Notes: generated by a model not told the origin, from the letters alone. 64,000 bases of DNA from Flavobacterium sp. (GCF_031411595.1 NZ_JANOBI010000023.1:304-64303), one strand, 5' to 3'. Numbered from the stretch's first letter, positions 37,221 through 46,015 are shown. Translations and numbers: made by a program.

Positions 37221-37928
37221 CTACATTTTCAAATAGAAATCCTTCGTAAGGCTGATGTATTCCGGAGTATAGACGTGTCTTTCAGTTTCAATCACGAGTT
37301 CGTCTGTGGGAATATCAACGATTTCATGTCTGCTAAAAGCCAATAAACTTCTTTTGATTTCTGTTGTCGTCGTTCCTTTAACACGCGTAATTTTAATGGG
37401 AAATAAATCAAAGTCTTCTGCCAAAGCAATCAATTTGGCTTCTTCTTTATAAGGTATAATGACGGCAAAAACACCGTTTTCTGAAAGCAACAAATCGGAG
37501 GCTTCTACCAAATCTTCAAAAGGCATGGCGTCTTGAAACCTTGCTAAATCGCGTTGTTCGTTTTCGGGTTTAAAATCTTCGGAATAAAACGGTGGATTAG
37601 AAACAATCAAGTCGTACTCGTCTTCTGGTTCTTCGATGAATTCGTCGAGTTCGGCATGAAAACAAAACAGTCGCCCGCTCCAAGGGGAATTTTCGAAATT
37701 ATCTACAGCTTGTTCGTAAGCATCTTCGTCGATTTCTAGTGCGTCGATTTGTTCGGCTGCCGTTCTTTGGGCCAACATCATCGCGATGATTCCGGTTCCG
37801 GTTCCGATATCGAGGATAGAAAATGGGTTGTGATTTACCGGTGCCCATGCGCCGAGCAAGACGCCGTCGGTGCCGATTTTCATGGCGGTTTTGTCTTGGT
37901 TGATGGAGAATTGTTTGAATTGGAACAA
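37221..37928 (-). CDS. tRNA1(Val) (adenine37-N6)-methyltransferase (YfiC/TrmN6-like)
   Basis: 235 aa. MFQFKQF...MKIGTDGVLLGAW, SAM motif ILDIGTGTG, catalytic NPPF. Apparent TTG start. Confidence 0.8.
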   Translation of the reverse strand: MFQFKQFSINQDKTAMKIGTDGVLLGAWAPVNHNPFSILDIGTGTGIIAMMLAQRTAAEQIDALEIDEDAYEQAVDNFENSPWSGRLFCFHAELDEFIEEPEDEYDLIVSNPPFYSEDFKPENEQRDLARFQDAMPFEDLVEASDLLLSENGVFAVIIPYKEEAKLIALAEDFDLFPIKITRVKGTTTTEIKRSLLAFSRHEIVDIPTDELVIETERHVYTPEYISLTKDFYLKM

Positions 37929-37936
37929 GATTGGTA

Positions 37937-37996
37937 GATTTTAAGATTATTAGACTGTAAGACTGTAAGACTGTAAGACTGTAAGATTTTGGGATT
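37937..37996 (+). repeat. Octamer array including (GACTGTAA)x4 at 37953-37984
   Basis: Read directly. 37937-37971 is about 28/35 complementary to 38145-38179. Confidence 0.9.
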
Positions 37997-38020
37997 TGTG
38001 TGTTAATGGAATTGGGTGTC

Positions 38021-38098
38021 TAGCCCTGATGGTAGTGGAAATCCTTTTGTGTCAGTGTTTGGCGCAAAAGATTGTATCGGACAGCAGGTTCCCGGCTT
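38021..38098 (+). repeat. Palindromic intergenic element, copy D
   Basis: TAGCCCTGATGGTAGTGGAAATCCTTTTGTGTC-AGTGTTTGG-CGCAAAAGATTGTATCGGACAGCAGGTTCCCGGCTT. Confidence 0.8.
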
Positions 38099-38141
38099 CT
38101 TATTACACTACGTTCCATACAATTCGGCCGCATTGCGCCTC

Positions 38142-38179
38142 GGGTCTTAAGGTCTTATAGTCTTGAAATCTTACAATCT
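38142..38179 (-). repeat. Inverted partner of the 37937 octamer array (GGTCTTAAGGTCTTATAGTCTTGAAATCTTACAATC)
   Basis: Its reverse complement GATTGTAAGATTTCAAGACTATAAGACCTTAAGACC aligns with 37937-37971. Confidence 0.75.
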
Positions 38180-38180
38180 C

Positions 38181-38705
38181 CTAAAGATACATCTCGATCA
38201 ATCCTTCGGGCAAATCCATGATAACTTTTTTGTTGTCGCGGTCGATTTTGACAAGGAAATGATCAATCATTGGGACTAATATTTCTACTTCGCCGTTGAG
38301 CACTTCGAACAAAGGTTGTGCTGTACTGTCATTGACTGCAACGATTTTTCCGAAAACGCCGAGACGTTGGTCTTCAATTTCGAAACCGATGACTTCGTGG
38401 AAATAGAATTTGTTGCCTGTGAGTTTCGGCAGCATTTTTAAGGGCAGATAAACAGCGCTTCCCAACATTCGGTCGGCTTCTTCTTCGTTTTTGACATCTT
38501 CGAAACGCACGCGTAGGAAATCGTTTTTGTGCAGGGAACTGTTTTCAATAAAAAATGGAACCAGATTGTTGTTGAATTCAACAAACACTGATTCCATGTT
38601 TTCATATAATTCGGGTTCATCTGTGTCTAAATAGATTAGCACTTCACCCTTGAAACTGAATTTTTTTGCGATTTTACCTAAATAGAAACAATCTTCTTTA
38701 CGCAT
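38181..38705 (-). CDS. rimM: Ribosome maturation factor RimM
   Basis: 174 aa. Position directly downstream of rpsP. N-terminal GKI.K.F..KGE motif and PRC-barrel length. Confidence 0.85.
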   Translation of the reverse strand: MRKEDCFYLGKIAKKFSFKGEVLIYLDTDEPELYENMESVFVEFNNNLVPFFIENSSLHKNDFLRVRFEDVKNEEEADRMLGSAVYLPLKMLPKLTGNKFYFHEVIGFEIEDQRLGVFGKIVAVNDSTAQPLFEVLNGEVEILVPMIDHFLVKIDRDNKKVIMDLPEGLIEMYL

Positions 38706-38718
38706 TATCGCTTGTCAA

Positions 38719-39420
38719 TTAAGCTTCTGTTTCTTCGCTTGCTTCTTCAGCAGCTGGAGCTTCTTCTGTAGTTTCTGCAACCGGAGCTTCTTCAACTTCA
38801 GCAACAACTTCTTCAGCAGCAGGAGCTTCTGGAGTTTCCACTTCAGCAACTGGAGCTTCTTCTACTACTTCTTCTGTTGCAACTTCAGCTACAGGAGCAT
38901 CAGCAACCACTTCGTCAGCAACCACTTCTTCTGTAGTTTCTTCAACAGCAGCTTCTTCAACAGCAGCTTCAGCTTGTGCAGCTACAGCGATACGTTTTTC
39001 GTTAGCTACTTTTTCAGCTTTTAAAGCTTTGGTTCTAGCATCAGCTTGCGCTTTTGATAAACCATCTTTTTTAGCATCTACTTTACCTGCTTTTGATTCT
39101 AACCAAGCCGCTAATTTAGCATCTGCTTGCTCTTGAGTTAAAGCACCTTTACGAACGCCACCATCAAGGTGATGTTTCAATAACGCTCCTTTGTAAGAAA
39201 GAATTGCTCTTGCTGTATCGGTTGGTTGAGCACCATTGTGCAACCATTGTACTGCGCTATCCAAGTTTAAATCGATAGTTGCAGGATTGGTGTTTGGATT
39301 GTAAGTACCGATTTTCTCTAAGTATTTACCGTCTCTTTTTGAGCGAGCATCTGCCGCTACAACCCAGTAAAAAGGTTTCCCTTTTTTACCATGTCTTTGT
39401 AATCTAATTTTTACTGACAT
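38719..39420 (-). CDS. rpsP: 30S ribosomal protein S16 with a ~150-aa low-complexity Ala/Glu/Val-rich C-terminal extension
   Basis: N-terminus MSVKIRLQRHGKKGKPFYWVVAADARSKRDGKYLEKIGTYNP is canonical S16. The remainder is AEEVV/APVAE-type repeats. Confidence 0.9.
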   Translation of the reverse strand: MSVKIRLQRHGKKGKPFYWVVAADARSKRDGKYLEKIGTYNPNTNPATIDLNLDSAVQWLHNGAQPTDTARAILSYKGALLKHHLDGGVRKGALTQEQADAKLAAWLESKAGKVDAKKDGLSKAQADARTKALKAEKVANEKRIAVAAQAEAAVEEAAVEETTEEVVADEVVADAPVAEVATEEVVEEAPVAEVETPEAPAAEEVVAEVEEAPVAETTEEAPAAEEASEETEA

Positions 39421-39469
39421 AATCGTATGATTAAATTTTGAGGTACTCGACCTCGGTTAATTAAGGGCG

Positions 39470-39477
39470 CAAAGATA
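39470..39477 (-). promoter_or_regulatory. Putative -7 box TATCTTTG for rpsP-rimM
   Basis: Matches TAnnTTTG on the minus strand about 50 nt upstream of the rpsP ATG. Confidence 0.35.
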
Positions 39478-39633
39478 CAGTTTAATTTGAAAAATACTAA
39501 TGCTAAGGTTGTTTTTTAAAAAAGAAAAATCAAATAAAAATTTGAAGCAAACTGTTAAACTATTTTTTTTTCAAATTTTAATTAGAAAATATGTTTTAAA
39601 AAGCTATTTTTGTTTCTCAAAATTGGAAAAGTA

Positions 39634-40134
39634 ATGAAAAGATTTCTTTGTTTTATAATTATTGCTTCGACTTTAATTTCGTGTGGAGAAGACATCAGCA
39701 ATGATAATACAGGTGTTTTTAGAGGTGTTAAAGACAATGGTTTGTGGGAAGGTGGCAATGCTAAGGCTACTATTGGAGTAGGCAGTAAGTTGACTATACA
39801 GGCGGTTACTTTAACAGAAATTATGTCATTAAAAATTCCAATTCCACCGGCTACAATAGATCCAAGAAACCCAGCAACATTTGTGACTTACATTCTTGGT
39901 ACAAGCACTACGAAAAAAGCATCTTATGTTTTAACGGCTAACGATACTCAATATGTTTATGAAACAGGCATCGGAGTGGGCGATGGAGAAGTAGTGATTT
40001 CGCAATATGATGGTTCTAGTATTTCGGGAACTTTTCGATTTAATGCTTTAAATGCTGATCCGAACTCAGAAGGACAACCTTTGGTTAATTTGCAAGATGG
40101 TGTTTTTTATAAAGTACCTGTAGTTTTACCTTAA
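39634..40134 (+). CDS. Lipoprotein of unknown function
   Basis: Start moved to ATG 39634 (MKRFLCFIIIASTLISC lipobox). Confidence 0.65.
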   Translation: MKRFLCFIIIASTLISCGEDISNDNTGVFRGVKDNGLWEGGNAKATIGVGSKLTIQAVTLTEIMSLKIPIPPATIDPRNPATFVTYILGTSTTKKASYVLTANDTQYVYETGIGVGDGEVVISQYDGSSISGTFRFNALNADPNSEGQPLVNLQDGVFYKVPVVLP

Positions 40135-40156
40135 AATCTGTTATTAAAAATAAATG

Positions 40157-40190
40157 AAGCCGTTTCAACAAAATTTGAGACGGCTTTTTT
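40157..40190 (+). terminator. Rho-independent terminator of the lipoprotein gene
   Basis: AAGCCGTTTC-loop-GAGACGGCTT followed by T6. Confidence 0.7.
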
Positions 40191-40234
40191 GTTTTATGAA
40201 AATACGTTTTGAAGCAAAGTTTTAATGATAACCA

Positions 40235-40267
40235 CAAAAAAAGCCCTTCTTTTCAGAAGAGCTTTTT
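40235..40267 (-). terminator. Orphan rho-independent terminator, probably the original tRNA-Leu terminator displaced by island insertion
   Basis: The minus strand reads AAAAAGCTCTTCT-GAAA-AGAAGGGCTTTTTTT immediately after the 13-bp copy of the tRNA-Leu 3' end (40268-40280). Confidence 0.65.
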
Positions 40268-40280
40268 GTGCGGATAATAG
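40268..40280. repeat. attL core (GTGCGGATAATAG), duplicate of the tRNA-Leu 3' end
   Basis: Exact 13-nt match to 48006-48018. A chance occurrence in 64 kb is very unlikely (about 1e-3). Confidence 0.75.
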
Positions 40281-40407
40281 TTATAGAACCTAACATTAGT
40301 CTAAATTAATTAAAATTAAAAAATCCTCATTTTATAGTACTTAACAAGCATTTATTTGAAATTTAATCATATTTAATTCTGTTGAATTAAGCTTAATTAA
40401 TAAATTT

Positions 40408-40425
40408 AGGGGAATAATAGGGGAA
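40408..40425 (+). repeat. 18-bp direct repeat AGGGGAATAATAGGGGAA (left copy), candidate integrase arm-type site
   Basis: Exact second copy at 47933-47950. Internally it is two GGGGAA hexamers 11 bp apart. Confidence 0.6.
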
Positions 40426-40439
40426 TTAAAAAATAGTTT

Positions 40440-40447
40440 TATATTTG
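40440..40447 (+). promoter_or_regulatory. Putative -7 box TATATTTG for the integrase gene
   Basis: Matches TAnnTTTG 15 nt upstream of ATG 40463. It also covers the TTG used as the start by the ORF track. Confidence 0.35.
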
Positions 40448-40462
40448 AGAAAATATGAAATC

Positions 40463-41752
40463 ATGGCTACCGGTAAATTTAGAATTAAGACAACCAACGA
40501 TTGGAATACTATCTTTTACAGATTTAAACATAGTAATCAATTTGATATAGAATGTTCAACAGGAATTCAAATTCCCAACAAACGTTGGAGCGATTCTAAG
40601 CAAGAAGTTTTATCTACAAATGATGTTAACTATACTGACATTAATTCTAGGTTGAAAGGGCTTGATTCATCGATTAGAAAGGAATATGAAAATTCAAAAC
40701 TTAAATCGGAAACAATAAATACAAGTTGGCTCAAAGAAAAGATTAATATCTATTTCAATCGGGAAACTAAAAACGTCGATGTTGACGCAATTATCTTTTT
40801 ATCAAATTACATTGTTGCATTTATTGAAGAAGCAAAAACTAAGAAAACAAGAAATAACACTCTAATTAAACACAGAACGATTCAACATTACACCACAACT
40901 TTAAATAAAATATTGGCTTTCGAAACTCATACTAGAAGTAAATTAAAACTTGTGGATTTAAGCTTAAATTTTCATACCAAATTCATTGAGTTTTTAGAAA
41001 CAGAACAAAAGCTTAACCCAAACACTATTGGCGGTTATGTTGATGATTTAAAATTGTTTTGCAATAATGCTGACAAAAAAGGAATTGCAATTTCTAAGGA
41101 ATTTAAACTTTCCGAATTTTATACACCATCAAATAAAACCAAAGACATTTATTTGAATGAAAAAGAGATTAATCAAATATATAATGCTGTCTTTGAGCAA
41201 GATTATTTAGACAATGCAAGAGATTGGTTTATTATAGGTTTAAGAACTGGATTTAGAGTTTCAGATTTTCTAAAACTTACCCCAAAAAACCTTATTGATG
41301 GTTTCATTGAAAAGCAAACTTTAAAAACTGACTTTCCGGTAATTATCCCAATTCACGATCAAGTGAAAGCTATATTAGAAAAAAGGAATGGAGATTTTCC
41401 TAGAAAAATCAGCGACCAAAAGTTTAATGACTATATCAAAATTATTTGCAAAGAAATAGAACTGAATGAAATGGTAGATGGTGCTAAAATTGCACCGATT
41501 AAGTTAAAAGAGAATGGGAAGGAGGTAATACATCGTAAAAAGTTTGACAAATTTCCTAAACACGAATTGGTTACTTCTCATATTTGTAGACGATCATTTG
41601 CTACAAATTTATATGGTAAAATAGATACTTTAACAATAATGAAAATTACTGGTCATAAAACAGAAAGTCAATTTTTGGCTTATATAAAAATTACTCCTAG
41701 AGAGTATGCGGAGAAGTTAAAAACTTATTGGAAGAATGCCCAAATTGCATGA
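40463..41752 (+). CDS. Tyrosine-type site-specific integrase (Bacteroidota phage-integrase family with N-terminal arm-binding domain)
   Basis: Start moved to ATG 40463 (MATGKFRIKTT...). Catalytic residues visible in GLRTGFRVSD (R), SHICRRSFAT (HxxR) and GHKTESQFLAYI (H...Y). Confidence 0.9.
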   Translation: MATGKFRIKTTNDWNTIFYRFKHSNQFDIECSTGIQIPNKRWSDSKQEVLSTNDVNYTDINSRLKGLDSSIRKEYENSKLKSETINTSWLKEKINIYFNRETKNVDVDAIIFLSNYIVAFIEEAKTKKTRNNTLIKHRTIQHYTTTLNKILAFETHTRSKLKLVDLSLNFHTKFIEFLETEQKLNPNTIGGYVDDLKLFCNNADKKGIAISKEFKLSEFYTPSNKTKDIYLNEKEINQIYNAVFEQDYLDNARDWFIIGLRTGFRVSDFLKLTPKNLIDGFIEKQTLKTDFPVIIPIHDQVKAILEKRNGDFPRKISDQKFNDYIKIICKEIELNEMVDGAKIAPIKLKENGKEVIHRKKFDKFPKHELVTSHICRRSFATNLYGKIDTLTIMKITGHKTESQFLAYIKITPREYAEKLKTYWKNAQIA

Positions 41753-41831
41753 AATTGACTATCAGAAACCTAAAAAACAAAGGTTTTACAAATAAAATGT
41801 TTAAAATAGAACAGTAATTAAAATGAAAAAT

Positions 41832-44800
41832 CTACGCTAGTATTTGCTCAACCTTACTTAATGCTTCTCTAAAATTTAATGCTTTAGATTTTGAATTAAC
41901 ATAACCATCTGTTGCATCATCAATTAATTTATTGATATAAAATATACCGGTATCCGATTTGGCAGTTTCCAATTTTGCTTTTATCTCTATTAATTTCGCA
42001 AAAGTTTTTTTATAGCCTTCAGTAGATTTTGAAAGATTTGAAACATATGTTGTAAGGAATGAGCTAAGTCCACTAAAACCAATATGACCCCTATCTTCAA
42101 GATAAATTATTTTAAACAGTTTTTCTAAAATATTATAGTCCGCAATAGTGTTGTAATGTGTATATGAGTTTTCTTTTAAGGATGGTATTGATTTTTGATT
42201 AAGAAATGAAAATAAATATTTTAAAGCATTCAAAGAATTTAGTTCGAACAAAATCGCAAGTGCATTGGAATAATAATAATTTTTTTCTGGGTCAATTTCC
42301 GCTTCTAGAAATTCTATTGCTTTTTTAATACAGAATTCGGGTTCTAGTTTAAAATCCATCATTATTTTTAAAGCAGACCAGCAGTGATGAGATTTAGCAT
42401 CTACACAGCAATCTTTCAACAAATAAATATCATTTGTTAATTGATAAAGTTGTTCAAGTTTCTTGTCAATATTAAAACTATGACTAGCACTAAACAGATA
42501 CTGCCTAATTTTATCGAATGTTGCAACAAGGTTATTATCTAACGCATATTGAATATGTTTTGATAAAGTAATATAGGTTAAATCCCGGTTCAATAAGTTA
42601 TAAATTATTCTTTCATCAAACTGTTTTTTATCACTTATTCTTTTCGAAAGTTTTTGAAAGTTTTTATCTTCATCACTCGACTTCTCCACATCAAAAAACT
42701 CCATCGAGTTTAGATAAAATTCCTGAGACAATTCGAAATTTAATTTATGCATAAAGAACAGTACCAACTTCAATTTTTCATAATCTTCAAGTATGACGAA
42801 ATGATTACCTTTAGATTGCATTATTTTATCAAATCTGATTTTTTGAGAAACTTTCGTACACCATAACTGTATAAATTCCTTTTGATTCTCTCTAACCACA
42901 AATCTATCTCCCGAATTTTTTAAGCCCTCAACTTGTGATTTAATTTTAGAGATGATTACTAATGGGTTTTTCAATATTTTCTTAACTTCATTGTAGTCTA
43001 AAGAATCCTTTATATCATAAATTATCCTGCTAAGAACTGTATAAGACATGTCGATTGTACTCCCATGTCCATTGTTGTCGTACCACTTCATATCGATGGT
43101 TCTGATTTTCTTTTCATCAATCAGTTCGCCATTTTCATCAAATATTTTTTTAATTTTTGACAACAATTTTCTTTTATTAAAAAGCAAGTCGAAATTTTCT
43201 TGTGCTTTATTATCACTTTTAGCTTTGACCACCGCAAATTCTTTTTCAAATAAGAATTGATGGTTAAAGGTAAAGCCTGCCTCAATCATAGTGTTATTAA
43301 ATTTACCAGCCAACTCCCGATTACCATGATTGGCAATAACATTTCTGTAAAAATCCAAATCCTTACTTTCGATTGAACCGTCTTTGAAATTTTCAATAAC
43401 AATATCAATGGTTTTTTCATTTGTAATCGATGCAAGGAAATAGCCGACGTTATTAGACGTAAAGTTTTTAATTAAATATTGAAACGCAGCAATTTGAGAT
43501 TCTGGTTTACTTTTTAAAATCAATGTCCGTAGATAATTTTCCCGTAGATGGTATTTTGTTTTATCTTCAAAAGAAGATAATAAATCTACCAAAAAGCCTT
43601 CTTCAGAATTATCAAAATGCAAACACTTCTCTATTATTTCTTCTGCAAATTTGTTGTCACTAAAGTTATTTGTGTTTTCATCAAAATAGTACTTCGCAAA
43701 TTCAATAAAATGTGCAGAAGATTTGAATCTTATGATTATTTGCTCGAGAGTCCAACTGTTTCCTCTCATCACATCATCTACTATATCTCTTGGTATAATT
43801 TTTTTATCACGTAAAAATTCATCTTTGACATACCAAAAGAAATCATCAATGGGTTCGTGTTTTTCAATTAAAGAAAGTAATGCTTTATTAATTTGTTTAC
43901 TGGTTTCTTTTTTGAATAGCTCAAATATTTTTTCTAAATACTTGTTGTCGCTTTCGCAAAGTTTTTGATCGTATATAAAATCTAGAATATGCGATTTTAT
44001 ATCTTCTGTTGTACTTTTTAACAACCCAAATAAATCATTTTTTAATTTTTCCTTTTTGGAAGTCGGAATAGTAAAATGGCCAAGCAAATCTAAAGCAGAA
44101 ATTCTTACGCGAAAATGACTTGTATTATCATTAATTATTGTGTTTAAATAATCGAAATTTTCTTCGCAATTGCCAAATTCAGCAATTTCCTTTACGCTTG
44201 AAACTTTACTATTATTAATCCAATAGGTCTTTTCAATGCATTCTGATTGGAAATATCCCTGAAAAACTTTTACCCTAAAATTGCTAATCCTGTTTTTGTC
44301 TGCTTTAAAGAGGAGTTCCGGCTGATTGTCAATGAACCATTGAACCAAAGAATCATACTTTGCATCACTCAAAATATTAATTAAAAAGGTAACTGTATTG
44401 AATAGAGAAGGGTGCGTTTTATCAGTCCCATCGATGAGGATAAATTTTTTTATTTCTTCAAAATCAAGACTAGATATTAATTCCGCAGCAAAATACTCTT
44501 GAATATTTCTATGCTCAAAAAAATAGTTTTCCAGACCCGGCTTTTTATCTATTAAGGGATTCTTTTTAAATTCATTAAAGTCACTTGTGTTGTCTTTAAT
44601 CGAACAAAATAAATTGTCTTCCGTTATTATATTGCTTTTCATTAACTCATTAATAAGGGAAATTTTTTTGGAGAATTTTTTTATTAATGGAGTATTCAAC
44701 TCAACTTTTTTCAGCTTATCATTTTTATCATGCGTCAATCTTGTGTTGATGTATGTTTCCCAAAGCTCAAAAGTATTAAGTGGTGTTTTTTTATATTGGT

Positions 44801-45995
44801 TAATATAATTTGCTAATATCTCAACCTGAAATGGAGTTTTTAAAAAATCATAAAGCATTTCATTAAAGCTAAGACTGTCAATTATAGACCCGCATTTATA
44901 TGTCAATAATTTTAAACTTTTATAACGAGACAAATCTTTTAAATAATATTTTTTAAATCCTTTGATATCCTTGACAATACTTTCATAAACATTAGTCCTG
45001 CAACTTATTATGCATTTATATTTATCAGAATTATCTTCTTTGCTTAAAAAAACGACCAACTTAGATTTAAAATACTCAATATCTGCTATCTCATCGATAC
45101 CATCAAGTATTAGTAATACATTGCTTAACTCATCGATTTGGGGTGGCAAATAATCTTCTATTGTATCTGTATTTGTAAAATCCCTCAAGTTTCTAAATAT
45201 TGGAACAGAGCCTTGAACTTCTCCTGTTTTCCAATTTTTTAAAGCAAATGTCATGAGTTCTGTCGTTTTTCCTGTGCCGGGATTACCCAAGAGAAATATT
45301 TTACTTTCTTTTTCAAGAATTTTAATAAGCTCATTTGCCCTTTTATCTTCATCCCATAAGAAAGTATATCCGTCTGTTTTATCTTCTGAGAATTCTCTTT
45401 CGATTAAGTTGTCAGTTAACTTAATATCCCCAAGATAATTCGACTTGTCCTTCTCGGATATTAAAACTTTTTTAAATGGTTTTCTGGATAAAATTATACT
45501 CTTAAACCGCTCTATTTCTTTTTCCTCATCAACAGCAAAATCTACATCTTTTCCATATAGTTGTTTATAAAAGGAGTTGTTTAAAGCAAATAGTTCTTTG
45601 ATACCATTTGACAGGTCTAATTGGTAATAACTGAATTTAAATTTTTCGCTTAATGTTGGAGATAATTTCTCTGAATTATCATCATTTGAAAAATTAGATC
45701 TAGGGTTGATGGCTATAAATAAATCATTTCTATCCAACGTATAATTTGACTCTAAGTTTAAGCCCTTTTTTAATATGTTACCAATCGCCACATCAGACTT
45801 ATAATTTTTACATTCTATAAAAATTCTACTCTCATTGTAATCTTTAGAAATCATTATTAAGATATCAAATCCATTTTGATTTCCAGATTTCATAGGTAGT
45901 GTTTGTGTAACGGTAAAGCCAATTTTTTCAAATAACCAGACGAAAAATTCTTGGGTAATTATTTCGAAACTACTTCCTATTTGCTGACTTGTCAT
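41832..45995 (-). CDS. NLR-like STAND protein: N-terminal PD-(D/E)xK (Mrr-like) nuclease, NACHT NTPase and ~850-aa helical C-terminal region
   Basis: GFD(43)...IE(61)CK(63) nuclease motif. Walker A GNPGTGKTT (237-245), Walker B LLILDGIDE (294-302), CIISCRTN, and the NACHT winged-helix signature FFEHRNIQEYFAAE. Confidence 0.8.
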   Translation of the reverse strand: MTSQQIGSSFEIITQEFFVWLFEKIGFTVTQTLPMKSGNQNGFDILIMISKDYNESRIFIECKNYKSDVAIGNILKKGLNLESNYTLDRNDLFIAINPRSNFSNDDNSEKLSPTLSEKFKFSYYQLDLSNGIKELFALNNSFYKQLYGKDVDFAVDEEKEIERFKSIILSRKPFKKVLISEKDKSNYLGDIKLTDNLIEREFSEDKTDGYTFLWDEDKRANELIKILEKESKIFLLGNPGTGKTTELMTFALKNWKTGEVQGSVPIFRNLRDFTNTDTIEDYLPPQIDELSNVLLILDGIDEIADIEYFKSKLVVFLSKEDNSDKYKCIISCRTNVYESIVKDIKGFKKYYLKDLSRYKSLKLLTYKCGSIIDSLSFNEMLYDFLKTPFQVEILANYINQYKKTPLNTFELWETYINTRLTHDKNDKLKKVELNTPLIKKFSKKISLINELMKSNIITEDNLFCSIKDNTSDFNEFKKNPLIDKKPGLENYFFEHRNIQEYFAAELISSLDFEEIKKFILIDGTDKTHPSLFNTVTFLINILSDAKYDSLVQWFIDNQPELLFKADKNRISNFRVKVFQGYFQSECIEKTYWINNSKVSSVKEIAEFGNCEENFDYLNTIINDNTSHFRVRISALDLLGHFTIPTSKKEKLKNDLFGLLKSTTEDIKSHILDFIYDQKLCESDNKYLEKIFELFKKETSKQINKALLSLIEKHEPIDDFFWYVKDEFLRDKKIIPRDIVDDVMRGNSWTLEQIIIRFKSSAHFIEFAKYYFDENTNNFSDNKFAEEIIEKCLHFDNSEEGFLVDLLSSFEDKTKYHLRENYLRTLILKSKPESQIAAFQYLIKNFTSNNVGYFLASITNEKTIDIVIENFKDGSIESKDLDFYRNVIANHGNRELAGKFNNTMIEAGFTFNHQFLFEKEFAVVKAKSDNKAQENFDLLFNKRKLLSKIKKIFDENGELIDEKKIRTIDMKWYDNNGHGSTIDMSYTVLSRIIYDIKDSLDYNEVKKILKNPLVIISKIKSQVEGLKNSGDRFVVRENQKEFIQLWCTKVSQKIRFDKIMQSKGNHFVILEDYEKLKLVLFFMHKLNFELSQEFYLNSMEFFDVEKSSDEDKNFQKLSKRISDKKQFDERIIYNLLNRDLTYITLSKHIQYALDNNLVATFDKIRQYLFSASHSFNIDKKLEQLYQLTNDIYLLKDCCVDAKSHHCWSALKIMMDFKLEPEFCIKKAIEFLEAEIDPEKNYYYSNALAILFELNSLNALKYLFSFLNQKSIPSLKENSYTHYNTIADYNILEKLFKIIYLEDRGHIGFSGLSSFLTTYVSNLSKSTEGYKKTFAKLIEIKAKLETAKSDTGIFYINKLIDDATDGYVNSKSKALNFREALSKVEQILA

Positions 45996-46015
45996 GGGAT
46001 ATAAGTGTTGTTTAT

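Noticed and set aside
37937-37996. Possibility that the tandem octamer arrays are CRISPR arrays.
   Set aside because: The units are 8 nt and directly adjacent with no spacers, there are only 3-5 units, and no cas genes are present in the window.
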